The notes: generated from the sequence alone by a model not told the origin. A stretch of DNA of 64,000 nt from Steroidobacteraceae bacterium (GCA_035548535.1 DASZSS010000245.1:483-64482), one strand, 5' to 3'. Counted from the stretch's first letter, positions 46,353 through 55,619 are shown. Program-made: numbers and translations.

Positions 46353-47939
46353 TTACCAGCTCGAGCGAACGACAAAGAGAATGCGGGAGTCCCCCGCCAA
46401 GGTGCGCGAGCCGTCGACGAGCGGATCCGCCCACGCGAGCGAGGCGCTGAAATGGTCGAAGGCGTTGAAGTTGAAGCCCACGCCCCAACTGCGCAGATCC
46501 TCGTTGCGGCCTTCGTCGGGCAGCGGCTCGATGGTCGATACCCGCCCGGCGTCATAGAAGATGAAGCCGGTCGTCTGCGTCTTACCGTCGAACAGCGACC
46601 ACGCGGGCGATTCGAGCTGCAAAGTGGCCTTCGCGCCGATGTCGCCGAGCGCCTCGGCCTCGAGATAGCCGCGCACGCCGTCCGCGCCGCCCATCGCGAA
46701 CTGCTCGTTGCCGATGATCGGCTCGAGAGAATACTGACCCGCGAGGCTCGCGAGCAGCGAGAAGTCCCGGTACAGGAGCTTGCGCACGGCGATGTTGCCG
46801 CGGAAGTAGAAGTAGTTCGGCCGCCCTTTGAAGCGCTTGTCGGCGAACTCCCGCGAGGAGTTGCCGAGGCCGCGCGGGCCGAAGTTGAACGATGAGCTCT
46901 CGGTGAGCTGCAACCGGTCCCAGCGCCACACGCCGGACTCGCCGAGCGACAGATTGACGTAGCCGATGGGCGTGCGGAACGAGGAGTCGTCGTCGAGCGC
47001 GATGCTCTCGAGAAAGTCCTTGTACTCCACCCCGAGCGTCAGCGTGTGCGACGACTCCGCGCTGTTGACGAGCGGCAGGATCAGGCGCGAGCCGTAGACC
47101 TTGCCTTTACCCAACACCGCGAGCGTGCCGAGGGAGGCCACGTCGCTGTCGGAGTCCACGAAGTACAGCGCGAGGCGGCGCCCTTCGCCGAGATAGTGCG
47201 TGTAGCTCGCGACCAGCACGCTCAGCTCGCTCAACTCCTGCGGGCTCGTCTGATACTGCAGCGAAATGCTGTCGAGGCGATTGAAGAGATTGTCGTAGCT
47301 CAGACTGGCGAGCGCGCGGAGCTGCGAGGTATCCGCGGTGTACTGATTGTTGACTTCGAGCGAGCCGTGCAACGGCAAGTGGTCGTTGACTTTGAGCATC
47401 AGGTCCACGGTGCCGGGCACCGGACCTGCCTTGAGCACGGGAACGACGGCGCGATCCGGCGTTTGCGTGTTGAGGATGGAGATCTGGTGCTGCAGGGCCG
47501 GCAAATCCGGCGCGGTGTCCGCTTCGGCGGCCGGCAGGGCCGCGCGAATCTGTCTGCCCGAGAAGTACCGTGCGCCCTGCACGCGCACTTGCCGCAGCCG
47601 ACCTTCAGTCACTTTCAGGCGAACGATGCCGCCCTCGACATTCTGTTCGGGCACGTCGACGTACACCGTGCCGCGACCTGCGGCGTGGTACGCCTGTTCG
47701 AGCGCCGCGCGCGCCGCCTGCACGTCCTCGATCGATTTATCCGGGCCGAGAAACGGATAGACGGCGCGCTCGACGTCGATCTGCGGCAGCAGTGTGTTGC
47801 CGAGCACGCGATATTCGAGCACATCGAAGCGGGCTTCGGCCGGCGCGCCTGAATCCGAGGCGCCGAGCACTGGCAGACAGACGACTGAGCCGAGCAGCGC
47901 GGCAGCGATGCTTCCGCGCCGACGCGCGAGGTACGACAT
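46353..47939 (-). CDS. TpsB (ShlB/FhaC/HecB-family) outer-membrane secretion/activation protein
   Basis: 528 aa with a signal peptide. The POTRA-like N-terminus is FDVLEYRVLGNTLL...IVRLKVTEGRL, followed by a C-terminal beta-barrel ending FVVRSSW. Confidence 0.85.
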   Translation of the reverse strand: MSYLARRRGSIAAALLGSVVCLPVLGASDSGAPAEARFDVLEYRVLGNTLLPQIDVERAVYPFLGPDKSIEDVQAARAALEQAYHAAGRGTVYVDVPEQNVEGGIVRLKVTEGRLRQVRVQGARYFSGRQIRAALPAAEADTAPDLPALQHQISILNTQTPDRAVVPVLKAGPVPGTVDLMLKVNDHLPLHGSLEVNNQYTADTSQLRALASLSYDNLFNRLDSISLQYQTSPQELSELSVLVASYTHYLGEGRRLALYFVDSDSDVASLGTLAVLGKGKVYGSRLILPLVNSAESSHTLTLGVEYKDFLESIALDDDSSFRTPIGYVNLSLGESGVWRWDRLQLTESSSFNFGPRGLGNSSREFADKRFKGRPNYFYFRGNIAVRKLLYRDFSLLASLAGQYSLEPIIGNEQFAMGGADGVRGYLEAEALGDIGAKATLQLESPAWSLFDGKTQTTGFIFYDAGRVSTIEPLPDEGRNEDLRSWGVGFNFNAFDHFSASLAWADPLVDGSRTLAGDSRILFVVRSSW

Positions 47940-48033
47940 GTTCTGGGTCCCGTCTCAACGAGAAAGTGACCGGCCTTCTCGGGGCCGCCCGTCGCGGGAG
48001 TATTGCAACGGTTCTTTTTGTTTTTGTGACGGG

Positions 48034-48062
48034 CCAAAAGGGCCGACCCTCGCGGGCCGGCC
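48034..48062 (-). terminator. probable rho-independent terminator
   Basis: On the minus strand it reads GGCCGGCCC-GCGA-GGGTCGGCC (9-bp stem with one G-U pair, GNRA loop) followed by CTTTTGG. It lies 15 nt after the stop of the PstS-like gene. Confidence 0.55.
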
Positions 48063-48076
48063 CTCCATCGGCAAGT

Positions 48077-49441
48077 TTAGAGACCCTGGAACGGCAGGCA
48101 GCTATTGCCATTGCGCGTGCCGAAGGCCACCGGGCGGCCCGCCTGCGTGCTGCCCGGCACGTTGGTGCTGGCGCTGCTCGGAATCGCGAACACCGACACC
48201 ACGTCCGGAACCAGCGTGCCCTTCTTCGCGATCGCGATCAGCGCGTTGGCGAAGGAGCTCGGGAACACCGGGCTGGCGTCGGCCAGCGTCGTGCGCTTGC
48301 TGAGCGACAGCTCGTACGCAAAGTCGTACGGACGCGCCACGAGCGTGCGGTCGGGCGCCGCGCCGTTGATCTGCACGTACTTCGTGTTCGCCGGAGCGGG
48401 GTTCTTGTACACGTTCAACCCGATCGCGTCCGGAGTCGCGCCGACCGTGCTCTCCATCGACGAGGTCGTGGCGACTTCGATCACACCGTCCGTGTCGGGA
48501 GCGCCGGGCGCATCCGAATCCGTCACGAAGGTGTACGCGCTACCGCAGTTCACGCCGGCGAAATACGCACCGGCGGCGACCTGCGTGCCCGAGCCGGGCT
48601 CGCGGCGGACGACGGTGATCGGGCCGCCCGGCAGCGAGAGCCCGGGGATCTGGCTCCAATCCACGTAGTTGCCCGTGAAGATGGACGCGATGTCCTGCTT
48701 CGTCAGGCTCGAGATCAACGACGTGTTCGGGCCGGTCGTGTTCAGCAGGATGCCGAACACCTGGCCGAATCCGCTCGACTTGTTGAGGCTCCTGATGAGG
48801 TTCTGGCTCGCGGGGGTGTTGACGCCCGCGAAACGGCTGCTCGAGGGGAAGTTCGCGCCGGTGAACATCTTCGGCTCTTCGTCGCCGACCCCGAGATCCA
48901 CGGTCTTCAGCGTGAGCGCGCCCGACGTGCGCGTGTCTGACGCGATGTTGTAGCCGGTGACGCTGCAGTTGTGCGTGGGCGCCGTGATCGTGGTCGAGCC
49001 GACCGTGAACGACGCGCTGGACGAAGCCGCGCAGGTCGCATCCGTCGTATCGAGGGCCATCACCTGCGTGTTGGTCGCGATCGAGACCGCGCCCCACGCC
49101 GAGCCGCCTTCGCTGCGATAGAACAGCGTGACGTTCTTACCGCCGGCATTGCCGAGCTCCGGAACGCCGCCCGCGCCCGAGGAGGGCTTCAACGTGCAGC
49201 TATACGCGCGGAAGTCCTGGTTCGTCGTGGGGTTGGCGCGATAGACATCGAGCGTGTTGGGCACGCAGATCTCGTTCGCCATGATCACGAGGAACGCATC
49301 GCGCGCGGCCGAAGAGCCGGCCGCGACGAGCTTCGTCGTCGTGGACGCGTTGGTGGTCGCTTGATCGAGCGCGAACGCGGAGCTCGCACCGAGGAGCGCC
49401 GCAACGGCGGCGCCGATTTGGGTCATTTTGGAAAGAGTCAT
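48077..49441 (-). CDS. PstS-family (PBP-like) substrate-binding domain protein, oversized
   Basis: 454 aa from the ATG at 49441, with GGAG 7 nt upstream. The signal peptide is ..LLGASSAFA. The VVRREPGSGTQ motif resembles the R..SGT phosphate-binding loop of PstS/DING proteins. Several Cys pairs are present. Confidence 0.6.
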   Translation of the reverse strand: MTLSKMTQIGAAVAALLGASSAFALDQATTNASTTTKLVAAGSSAARDAFLVIMANEICVPNTLDVYRANPTTNQDFRAYSCTLKPSSGAGGVPELGNAGGKNVTLFYRSEGGSAWGAVSIATNTQVMALDTTDATCAASSSASFTVGSTTITAPTHNCSVTGYNIASDTRTSGALTLKTVDLGVGDEEPKMFTGANFPSSSRFAGVNTPASQNLIRSLNKSSGFGQVFGILLNTTGPNTSLISSLTKQDIASIFTGNYVDWSQIPGLSLPGGPITVVRREPGSGTQVAAGAYFAGVNCGSAYTFVTDSDAPGAPDTDGVIEVATTSSMESTVGATPDAIGLNVYKNPAPANTKYVQINGAAPDRTLVARPYDFAYELSLSKRTTLADASPVFPSSFANALIAIAKKGTLVPDVVSVFAIPSSASTNVPGSTQAGRPVAFGTRNGNSCLPFQGL

Positions 49442-49545
49442 GAGTTTCTCCAGGTAAGCCGCTACCGAATCCACGGGCCGTCCGGCATCCCATGCCGGAC
49501 GAGCCCGCAGCAGACAAATCGACTCGAGGAACCGTCGCGCGCGGA

Positions 49546-50394
49546 TCAGGCCGGGACGGCGGCCAGCTCCGTCCCGCTCGCTCCGGCATTGCGGCGGCGG
49601 GCGACGCCCGTCACGCCGACGAGCGCGGAACCCAGCAACCACAGAGCCGGCGGCAGCGGCACCGACGGCACGCCCACGCTCTCGAGCGTTCCCGTCGAGG
49701 TGAGGCGCAGGTTCAGGCCTTCGTACACACGCGCCAGCGAGGCGTTCACGCCGGTGACCGATGAGAACAAGTAGAGATGCGCAGCCGCGCCGAGCGGGTT
49801 CGCGTCCGGGAGACCGGCGCCGAACCAGTCCTGATCCGCGTCATACGGCGTGCCCGGATTGCCCCACAGGCCATCCACCGGGGTGGAGGTACCCGAGCCG
49901 TCCGGCAGGGCCCCGTTGAGGTCAACCAGCATGGTCTGAAGGTTGCCGTACAGGCTGTTCAGATTGCTGTTGTTAGGGATTTGCCCCTGGAACTCCGCGA
50001 GGTCTTGCTGCGTCGTCACGACGTAACGGCGACCGCCCAGCGCGCCGGCCGTGTTGACCGGGGTCGACGTGCTGTCGCCGGCCATCACAGTCCACGAGAA
50101 GTCGTTGCCCGCGGCGAGAAAGCCCGTGAGATTCGCGTCCGGCCCAATCGGCGCCGGCAGCGAGTAGCCCATGCTCTGCACGGGGCCGGTGTACGCACCC
50201 GCTTGAATCTCGGCCTGCGTGAGGATGTCGTCGACCGTGAGCACCAAGCCGCGGGCGTAGACCGCGCCCGTCGTGTTGTTGCGCACGAATAGCGTGAGCT
50301 CGCCATTGCCGGAGTTCGGCAACAGCACGTCGGCGTAAGCGCTCGATGCGACTAGCGCTGCACCGACCATGGCAAGTTTATAAATCGATCGCAT
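49546..50394 (-). CDS. PEP-CTERM sorting-domain protein
   Basis: 282 aa with a GGAG SD and signal peptide ..ASSAYA. The C-terminus is VPSVPLPPALWLLGSALVGVTGVARRR, followed by a 15-aa tail. Confidence 0.8.
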   Translation of the reverse strand: MRSIYKLAMVGAALVASSAYADVLLPNSGNGELTLFVRNNTTGAVYARGLVLTVDDILTQAEIQAGAYTGPVQSMGYSLPAPIGPDANLTGFLAAGNDFSWTVMAGDSTSTPVNTAGALGGRRYVVTTQQDLAEFQGQIPNNSNLNSLYGNLQTMLVDLNGALPDGSGTSTPVDGLWGNPGTPYDADQDWFGAGLPDANPLGAAAHLYLFSSVTGVNASLARVYEGLNLRLTSTGTLESVGVPSVPLPPALWLLGSALVGVTGVARRRNAGASGTELAAVPA

Positions 50395-50973
50395 GAGAGA
50401 CTCTCCTGAATATTTCGCAACCGGGCACGTTCACACATCTACGTATCGAGCCGATGCGGCCTGCCCATACCCATCGCTCTCTTGCTTCCCGGATCCCGCT
50501 TTGTTGTTGGTGTCACTGTCGTCCGTGCCGGACGGCTGGGGTGACAAGCTAGAGACCTGCCGTGACAGTAGCCTTACGAAATGTTTAATCCTGTGCGCTC
50601 GGATGGCGCCGGTGCGTCGATGATTCGATCGTCAGACGAGTGTCGTACGAGATGTCGCCGCGGCATGAGCGTCGCGCGCCTCATCGAAGTGAGGAGAGCT
50701 GCAGTCGGTCAACGGGATGCGCGCGCAATGAGCCCCACCGGGAAATATTCGGGGCAAGCCATCCCGTCCTCACGGAGCCTCGTCGATCCGTGAGGGCGTT
50801 TCGAGCCGTGATTGTGCGCGGTGGGCCGAGCGCCGGAGCGCTACTGTCGCAGGTCGGAGATCAAAGGAGTCTCGCGCGCGAGTGACGCGTCGCGCCCGTT
50901 GATCCGCCCACCGCGCCGTGAGGTTTCTGCGCTGTACGTGAGTTGTCTGCGCTGCAGAAGCGCATTTCGTCCT

Positions 50974-51855
50974 TCAGCCGCTCTTGCCCTGCGCCAACTT
51001 GTCCTGAGTTCGAGTCTCGAAATCGCTCGCGTCGTGGCGCTCGTGAAGCTGGCTCGACGGGTCGCCGGTCGTTCGATTGACCATCCGGCCGCGTTGCACG
51101 GCCGGCCGCGCGCCGATGGCGTCCGCCCAGCGCTGTAGATTCGCGTACTCGTGCACGCTCAAGAATTCGCCGGCCCCATAGACGAGCCCTTTCGCGAGCT
51201 GCCCGTACCAAGGCCAGATGGCGATATCCGCGATCGTGTACTGATCGCCCGCGATGTACTCGACCTCGGCCAAGCGGCGATTGAGCACATCGAGCTGTCG
51301 CTTCACCTCCATCGCGAAGCGGTCGATCGCGTACTCGATCTTGATCGGCGCATACGTGTAGAAATGGCCGAAGCCGCCGCCGAGATACGGCGCGCTGCCC
51401 ACCTGCCAGAAGAGCCACGACAAGCATTCCGCCCGGGCGGCACGGTCCGTTGGCAGCAGCGCCCCGAACTTCTCCGCGAGATAGACCAGGATTGAGCCGG
51501 ATTCGAAGACGCGGATCGGCGTCGGCCCGCTGCGATCGACGAGCGCCGGGATCTTCGAGTTGGGATTCACCCGGACGAACCCGGTGCTGAACTGTTCGCC
51601 GTCGTTGATCCGGATCAGCCACGCATCGTACTCGGCGCCCGCGTGTCCGAGAGCCAGCAGCTCTTCCAGCATCACCGTGACCTTCACGCCGTTCGGTGTT
51701 CCGAGCGAGTAGAGCTGCAACGGATGGCGGCCGACCGGCAGCTCCTTCTCGTGCGTCGGGCCCGCGACCGGGCGATTGATGTTCGCGAACGTGCCGCCGC
51801 TCGGCTTGTTCCAGGTCCACACCTTGGGGGGCTGATACTCGGAAGAATCACTCAT
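50974..51855 (-). CDS. yghU: YghU-type (nu-class) glutathione S-transferase
   Basis: 293 aa. The N-terminus YQPPKVWTWNKPSGGTFANINRPVAGPTHEKELPVGRHPLQLYSLGTPNGVKV is characteristic of YghU/YfcG-like GSTs. Confidence 0.85.
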   Translation of the reverse strand: MSDSSEYQPPKVWTWNKPSGGTFANINRPVAGPTHEKELPVGRHPLQLYSLGTPNGVKVTVMLEELLALGHAGAEYDAWLIRINDGEQFSTGFVRVNPNSKIPALVDRSGPTPIRVFESGSILVYLAEKFGALLPTDRAARAECLSWLFWQVGSAPYLGGGFGHFYTYAPIKIEYAIDRFAMEVKRQLDVLNRRLAEVEYIAGDQYTIADIAIWPWYGQLAKGLVYGAGEFLSVHEYANLQRWADAIGARPAVQRGRMVNRTTGDPSSQLHERHDASDFETRTQDKLAQGKSG

Positions 51856-52078
51856 GTGTCGTGCTCCATTGGAGCGATTAATGGAACTGATCTCCCGAGA
51901 TTCCGCAAGCGCGACTGCGACGGGCTCAGCGCGGACGCGGCAGGCCAGGCCCTCGATCTGCGCGCACCGCCACCTGGCGAACCCTCACTTTCGTCACCCG
52001 TTCGGACTCACGGCAGTCAGCATTGCGCTGAGTCGCGAGCCAGGCGCGCCGCTACGGTCACCCTTCGATACTTGCGCC

Positions 52079-53596
52079 ATGAAGCGACGACATTTTCTCA
52101 AGAGCTCTCTCGGGATCGCGGCGCTCTGGCCCGCGCGTCGACTGCTGGCGGATTCTTCGGCGGCTGCGCTGCCGGAAGTCCCTGCGAAAACGCTCGCGGG
52201 CACGATGACGTCCCTGCGCGGAAGCGATCTTCGCGACCTCGCGGCCCGCTTCCGGGGCCAGGTGCTCCTCCCGGATCAACCCGGCTACGACTCGGCCCGG
52301 CGCGTGTGGAACGCGATGTTCGACAGGCAACCGGCGCTGATCGCGCGCTGCGCCTCGCCGTCCGACGTGATCCTCGCGGTGAATTTCGCTCGCGAGCATC
52401 AACTGCTGACAGCGGTGCGGGCCGGCGGCCACAGCCTCTCCGGCAAGTCGACGTGCGACGGCGGTATCGTCATCGACGTCTCGCCGATGCAAGGCGTGCG
52501 CGTCGATCCCAAGCGCCGCCTGGCGCGCGTCGATGGCGGCGCATTGCTGCAGCATCTGGACCGCGAAACACGCACGTTCGGTCTGGTCACCACCGCGGGG
52601 ACGGTGTCGCACACCGGCGCAGCCGGCCTCACGCTGGGCGGTGGTATGGGCCGCGTCGGACGTCACTTCGGCCTGGCGTGCGACAACCTCAGATCGGTCG
52701 ATGTGGTGACGGCCGATGGCCGCTTGCTCACCGCGAGCGCCGACGAAAATGCGGATCTGTTCTGGGCCCTCCGCGGCGGCGGCGGCAACTTCGGTGTGGC
52801 GACGTCGTTCGAGTACGCCCTGCACGCGATGGACCCGACGATCCTGGGCGGCACCATCGCTTGGCCGTTCGCGCAGGCGCGCGAGGTGCTGCACTTCTAT
52901 GCGGAGTTCATGAAGAGCGCCCCCGACGAGCTCAATCTCGATCCGGCGGTGGTCTCCACTCCGGACGGGCCGCTCATCGCGCTCGAAGCGTGCTGGTCGG
53001 CGGAGCTGGCCCGCGGCGAGCGCGTGCTCGCGCCCGTGCGCGCGTTCGGCAAGCCCGCGTTCGATCACATCGGCGCCATGCTGTATCTCGATCTGCAGTC
53101 GGGCTCCGATCGCCGACTCGCGCACGGGATTCGCTTCTACGGCAAGGCCGGGTTCATTTCCGAGCTCACGCCGCAAGTCATCGAACGCATCCTTGACACG
53201 TTCGCCAGCGCCGCGCCGGGCGGCTTCTCGATCGTGCTCCAGAGCAGTGGCGGCGCAATCGCGCGCACGCCGAGCAGCGCGACCGCGTTCCCGAATCGCG
53301 CGGCGGCTCATTGGCTCATGATCAGCAAGAGCTGGACGGACGCTGCGGAGGATGCCCAGCACGTCGAGACGCTGCGTCACGCGTGGAAGTCGCTGGAACC
53401 GCTGACGAGCGGCTTCTACGTCAATGGCATCACGGACGATGAGCAGGGCCGCGTGGCCGCGAACTACGGCAGCAACTATCCGCGCCTGCAGCAGATCAAG
53501 CGCAAGTACGATCCGCAGAACCAGTTTCGACTGAACGCCAACATCCTGCCGGCGCGATCGCGACAGCCGCGAGCATCACAATGGCGATCTCAATAG
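52079..53596 (+). CDS. Tat-exported FAD-linked oxidase with BBE-like C-terminus
   Basis: 505 aa from the ATG at 52079. The twin-arginine signal is MKRRHFLKSSLGIAAL. The FAD_binding_4 block is AVRAGGHSLSGKS...GGIVIDVS. The BBE-like end is YVNGITDDE...NYPRLQQIKRKYDPQNQFRLNANI. Confidence 0.8.
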   Translation: MKRRHFLKSSLGIAALWPARRLLADSSAAALPEVPAKTLAGTMTSLRGSDLRDLAARFRGQVLLPDQPGYDSARRVWNAMFDRQPALIARCASPSDVILAVNFAREHQLLTAVRAGGHSLSGKSTCDGGIVIDVSPMQGVRVDPKRRLARVDGGALLQHLDRETRTFGLVTTAGTVSHTGAAGLTLGGGMGRVGRHFGLACDNLRSVDVVTADGRLLTASADENADLFWALRGGGGNFGVATSFEYALHAMDPTILGGTIAWPFAQAREVLHFYAEFMKSAPDELNLDPAVVSTPDGPLIALEACWSAELARGERVLAPVRAFGKPAFDHIGAMLYLDLQSGSDRRLAHGIRFYGKAGFISELTPQVIERILDTFASAAPGGFSIVLQSSGGAIARTPSSATAFPNRAAAHWLMISKSWTDAAEDAQHVETLRHAWKSLEPLTSGFYVNGITDDEQGRVAANYGSNYPRLQQIKRKYDPQNQFRLNANILPARSRQPRASQWRSQ

Positions 53597-53905
53597 ATCC
53601 CACGCCGTGTGCGGATGGCGATGGCGCAGGGCGTGCGCGGTGGGACGGGAGCGCTTCAACGCGATGAGCGCGTCCTCGATCCTGATCGCACGCAGCGGTC
53701 CGCATCGTGCGCGCCAGATGAAGGCCGGCCGCGTCAGCTCGATTCGCTGATGGGCGGTGAAGCGCCGTTCGGGTGAGCGGGCATCGTCCCGCATCCAGCC
53801 CCGCTGCTCGAGAGTGACTGCGGCGGCGGTGCCGAGCGCTTCGGCACCGAGCCGCTGCGCAAGTGCGCGCAGCGGCTCGGGAAGACTCGCGGCTGGCGCG
53901 GCCAT
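53576..53905 (-). pseudogene. possible truncated DUF6544-like gene fragment
   Basis: 109-aa ORF. LPEPLRALAQRL...LEQRGWMR...RFTAHQRIELTRPAFIWRA resembles the N-terminal third of DUF6544-type proteins. The reading frame ends inside the 3' end of the convergent oxidase gene. This is a weak call. Confidence 0.25.
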
Positions 53906-53926
53906 CAGCCACTCTTCCAGCTCGCC

Positions 53927-55480
53927 TCAATGGGCCATGTGCTGCGGAACCGTCTGGTCCAGTGCGCCTCCGGACGGCGTCTGTTCCGGATTGCGTGCGG
54001 CCCCGGGCGCGGCGGGCTGCGGCTGGCTCGTGCCGCGAGGCTGCAGATGCTCGTCAGCCCACTTGAAGTACGCGATGTAGCCCTTGATCTCCGCATCCGT
54101 CGCGTTCTGATTGGGCATCGGGATCTTGTACTTCGCGAGCAGCTCTTTCGCCGTCGGGTCGGACGCGAGCATCGCGTCGGGATTGCGGATCCAGCGCTCG
54201 AGCCAGTCCGACTTGCGGCGCACGGTGACCTGATGCAGGTCCGGTCCCACCTTGTCGCCCCCGGCAATCGAGTGGCACGCGATACACTTCAGCTCGAAAT
54301 TGAGCTTGCCCTGCAGAGCGACGGGATCCGTCGGCGCGGCCGTCGCCGGAATGTTGTGATGCTCGATCTGCTCGGGGCGCGAGGTGTCCGACGCGGCGAT
54401 CATTCCCACCGCCCCCTGCGAGGCGTTCGCGAAGTGATGGTCGACCATCACGTACTCGCCGGCTTCGGGCACCATGAACTCGACGATGGCTCCGGAGGAT
54501 GAGCCGAGCAGCACCGTCTGCATGCCGCGGAACTGATTGTCGGGATTCCCCTCGACCCAGACGCGATCGAAGATCGTGCCGACGACGTGAAAGCTCGACG
54601 TATTCGAAGGCCCGACGTTCAGCACGAAGAGCCGCACGCGCTCGCCCGCTTTCGCCGGCAAGGGGTTGTCGACGAAGCGATTGTAGCGGCCGTTAAACAC
54701 CGTGTACGTCGGCGCCTTGGAGCGCACGCGCTCGGTGTCGAGCACGTAGAGCGGCACGCCGTCCGCCATGCGATTTTCGGGATCGCGCTTCGTGTAGAAC
54801 TCGCTCTGGATGATCGCGTACTCGCGGTCCACCTTCGTCGGATAGCCCGCGCGCGGCTCGACGATGAGCATGCCGTACATGCCGGACGCGATGTGCTCGA
54901 GCACCATCGGCGTTCCGCAGTGATACATGAAGACGCCCGGATAGTTCAGCGTGAACTCGAAGCTGATCGTCTGCCCCGGCGGGATCGACCGATACTTGTC
55001 GTTCGGTGCCACCATGGCCGCATGGAAATCCATCGAGTGCATCATCGGCGCGGACGTGAGGCGCACGCCCGGCACGGGCTCGTCGGAGCGGTTCGTCATC
55101 GAGAACTTGATGCGATCGCCGACGCGCGCACGGATCACGGGGCCGGGCACCTGATCGCCGAAGGTCCACGCCGCAAACTTCACGCCCGGAGCGAGCTCAA
55201 TCACCTTGTGAGTCGTATCGAGATGAATCTCTTTCGTCGGGCTCGGATCGAGCGGCCGCACCGCCGCGTCCATGGAAAGCGCAGAGCCGGTCGCGAACGC
55301 GCCGGTGTGGCGTTCGGTGCTGACGACGGCGGGAGGCGCCCCGTACGTCATCTTGCTGGGATCATAAGGATCCTGCGACGTCGCGGTCGGGGGCGCGGCC
55401 TCGCGACTACAGGCCGAAAGAATCAGCAGCGACAGCGGGATCAGGGCGGAGCACCGGGTCCAGAAAGAGGGTCTGTGCAT
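53927..55480 (-). CDS. nirK: copper-containing nitrite reductase (NirK) lipoprotein with C-terminal cytochrome c domain
   Basis: 517 aa. The lipobox is LILSAC|S. The type-2 Cu motif is MHSMDFHAA and the type-1 Cu motif is YHCGTPMVLEHIASGMYGMLIVEP. The C-terminal haem motif is CIACHS, with a downstream Met-containing cytochrome c fold. Confidence 0.85.
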   Translation of the reverse strand: MHRPSFWTRCSALIPLSLLILSACSREAAPPTATSQDPYDPSKMTYGAPPAVVSTERHTGAFATGSALSMDAAVRPLDPSPTKEIHLDTTHKVIELAPGVKFAAWTFGDQVPGPVIRARVGDRIKFSMTNRSDEPVPGVRLTSAPMMHSMDFHAAMVAPNDKYRSIPPGQTISFEFTLNYPGVFMYHCGTPMVLEHIASGMYGMLIVEPRAGYPTKVDREYAIIQSEFYTKRDPENRMADGVPLYVLDTERVRSKAPTYTVFNGRYNRFVDNPLPAKAGERVRLFVLNVGPSNTSSFHVVGTIFDRVWVEGNPDNQFRGMQTVLLGSSSGAIVEFMVPEAGEYVMVDHHFANASQGAVGMIAASDTSRPEQIEHHNIPATAAPTDPVALQGKLNFELKCIACHSIAGGDKVGPDLHQVTVRRKSDWLERWIRNPDAMLASDPTAKELLAKYKIPMPNQNATDAEIKGYIAYFKWADEHLQPRGTSQPQPAAPGAARNPEQTPSGGALDQTVPQHMAH

Positions 55481-55619
55481 GCAATGACCTCGAAACCAGT
55501 ACAGGCGTCCATCCCACCCGGGACGCTAACGGGTTCCCTCGAGGGCGACGGATGCGTGCGCCGGAACGAGGGTTGCTCTCAATACCTGCACAGTATCCCT
55601 TTCGAGAAGCGGCCAGACC

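Noticed and set aside
49479-49501. Perfect 10-bp stem with a 3-nt loop (CGTCCGGCAT-CCC-ATGCCGGACG) between the third PEP-CTERM gene and the PstS-like gene.
   Set aside because: No U-tract follows on the transcribed (minus) strand, so it is not called a terminator. It could be an RNA stability element, but that is unsupported.
50540-50567. Pho-box-like pair GTGACAAG ... GTGACAG (CTGTCAC / CTTGTCAC on the minus strand) upstream of the PEP-CTERM gene.
   Set aside because: The half-site spacing is 21 bp rather than 11 or 22 bp, and the middle repeat is poor. It is too weak to call without a PWM scan and is kept only as something to test.
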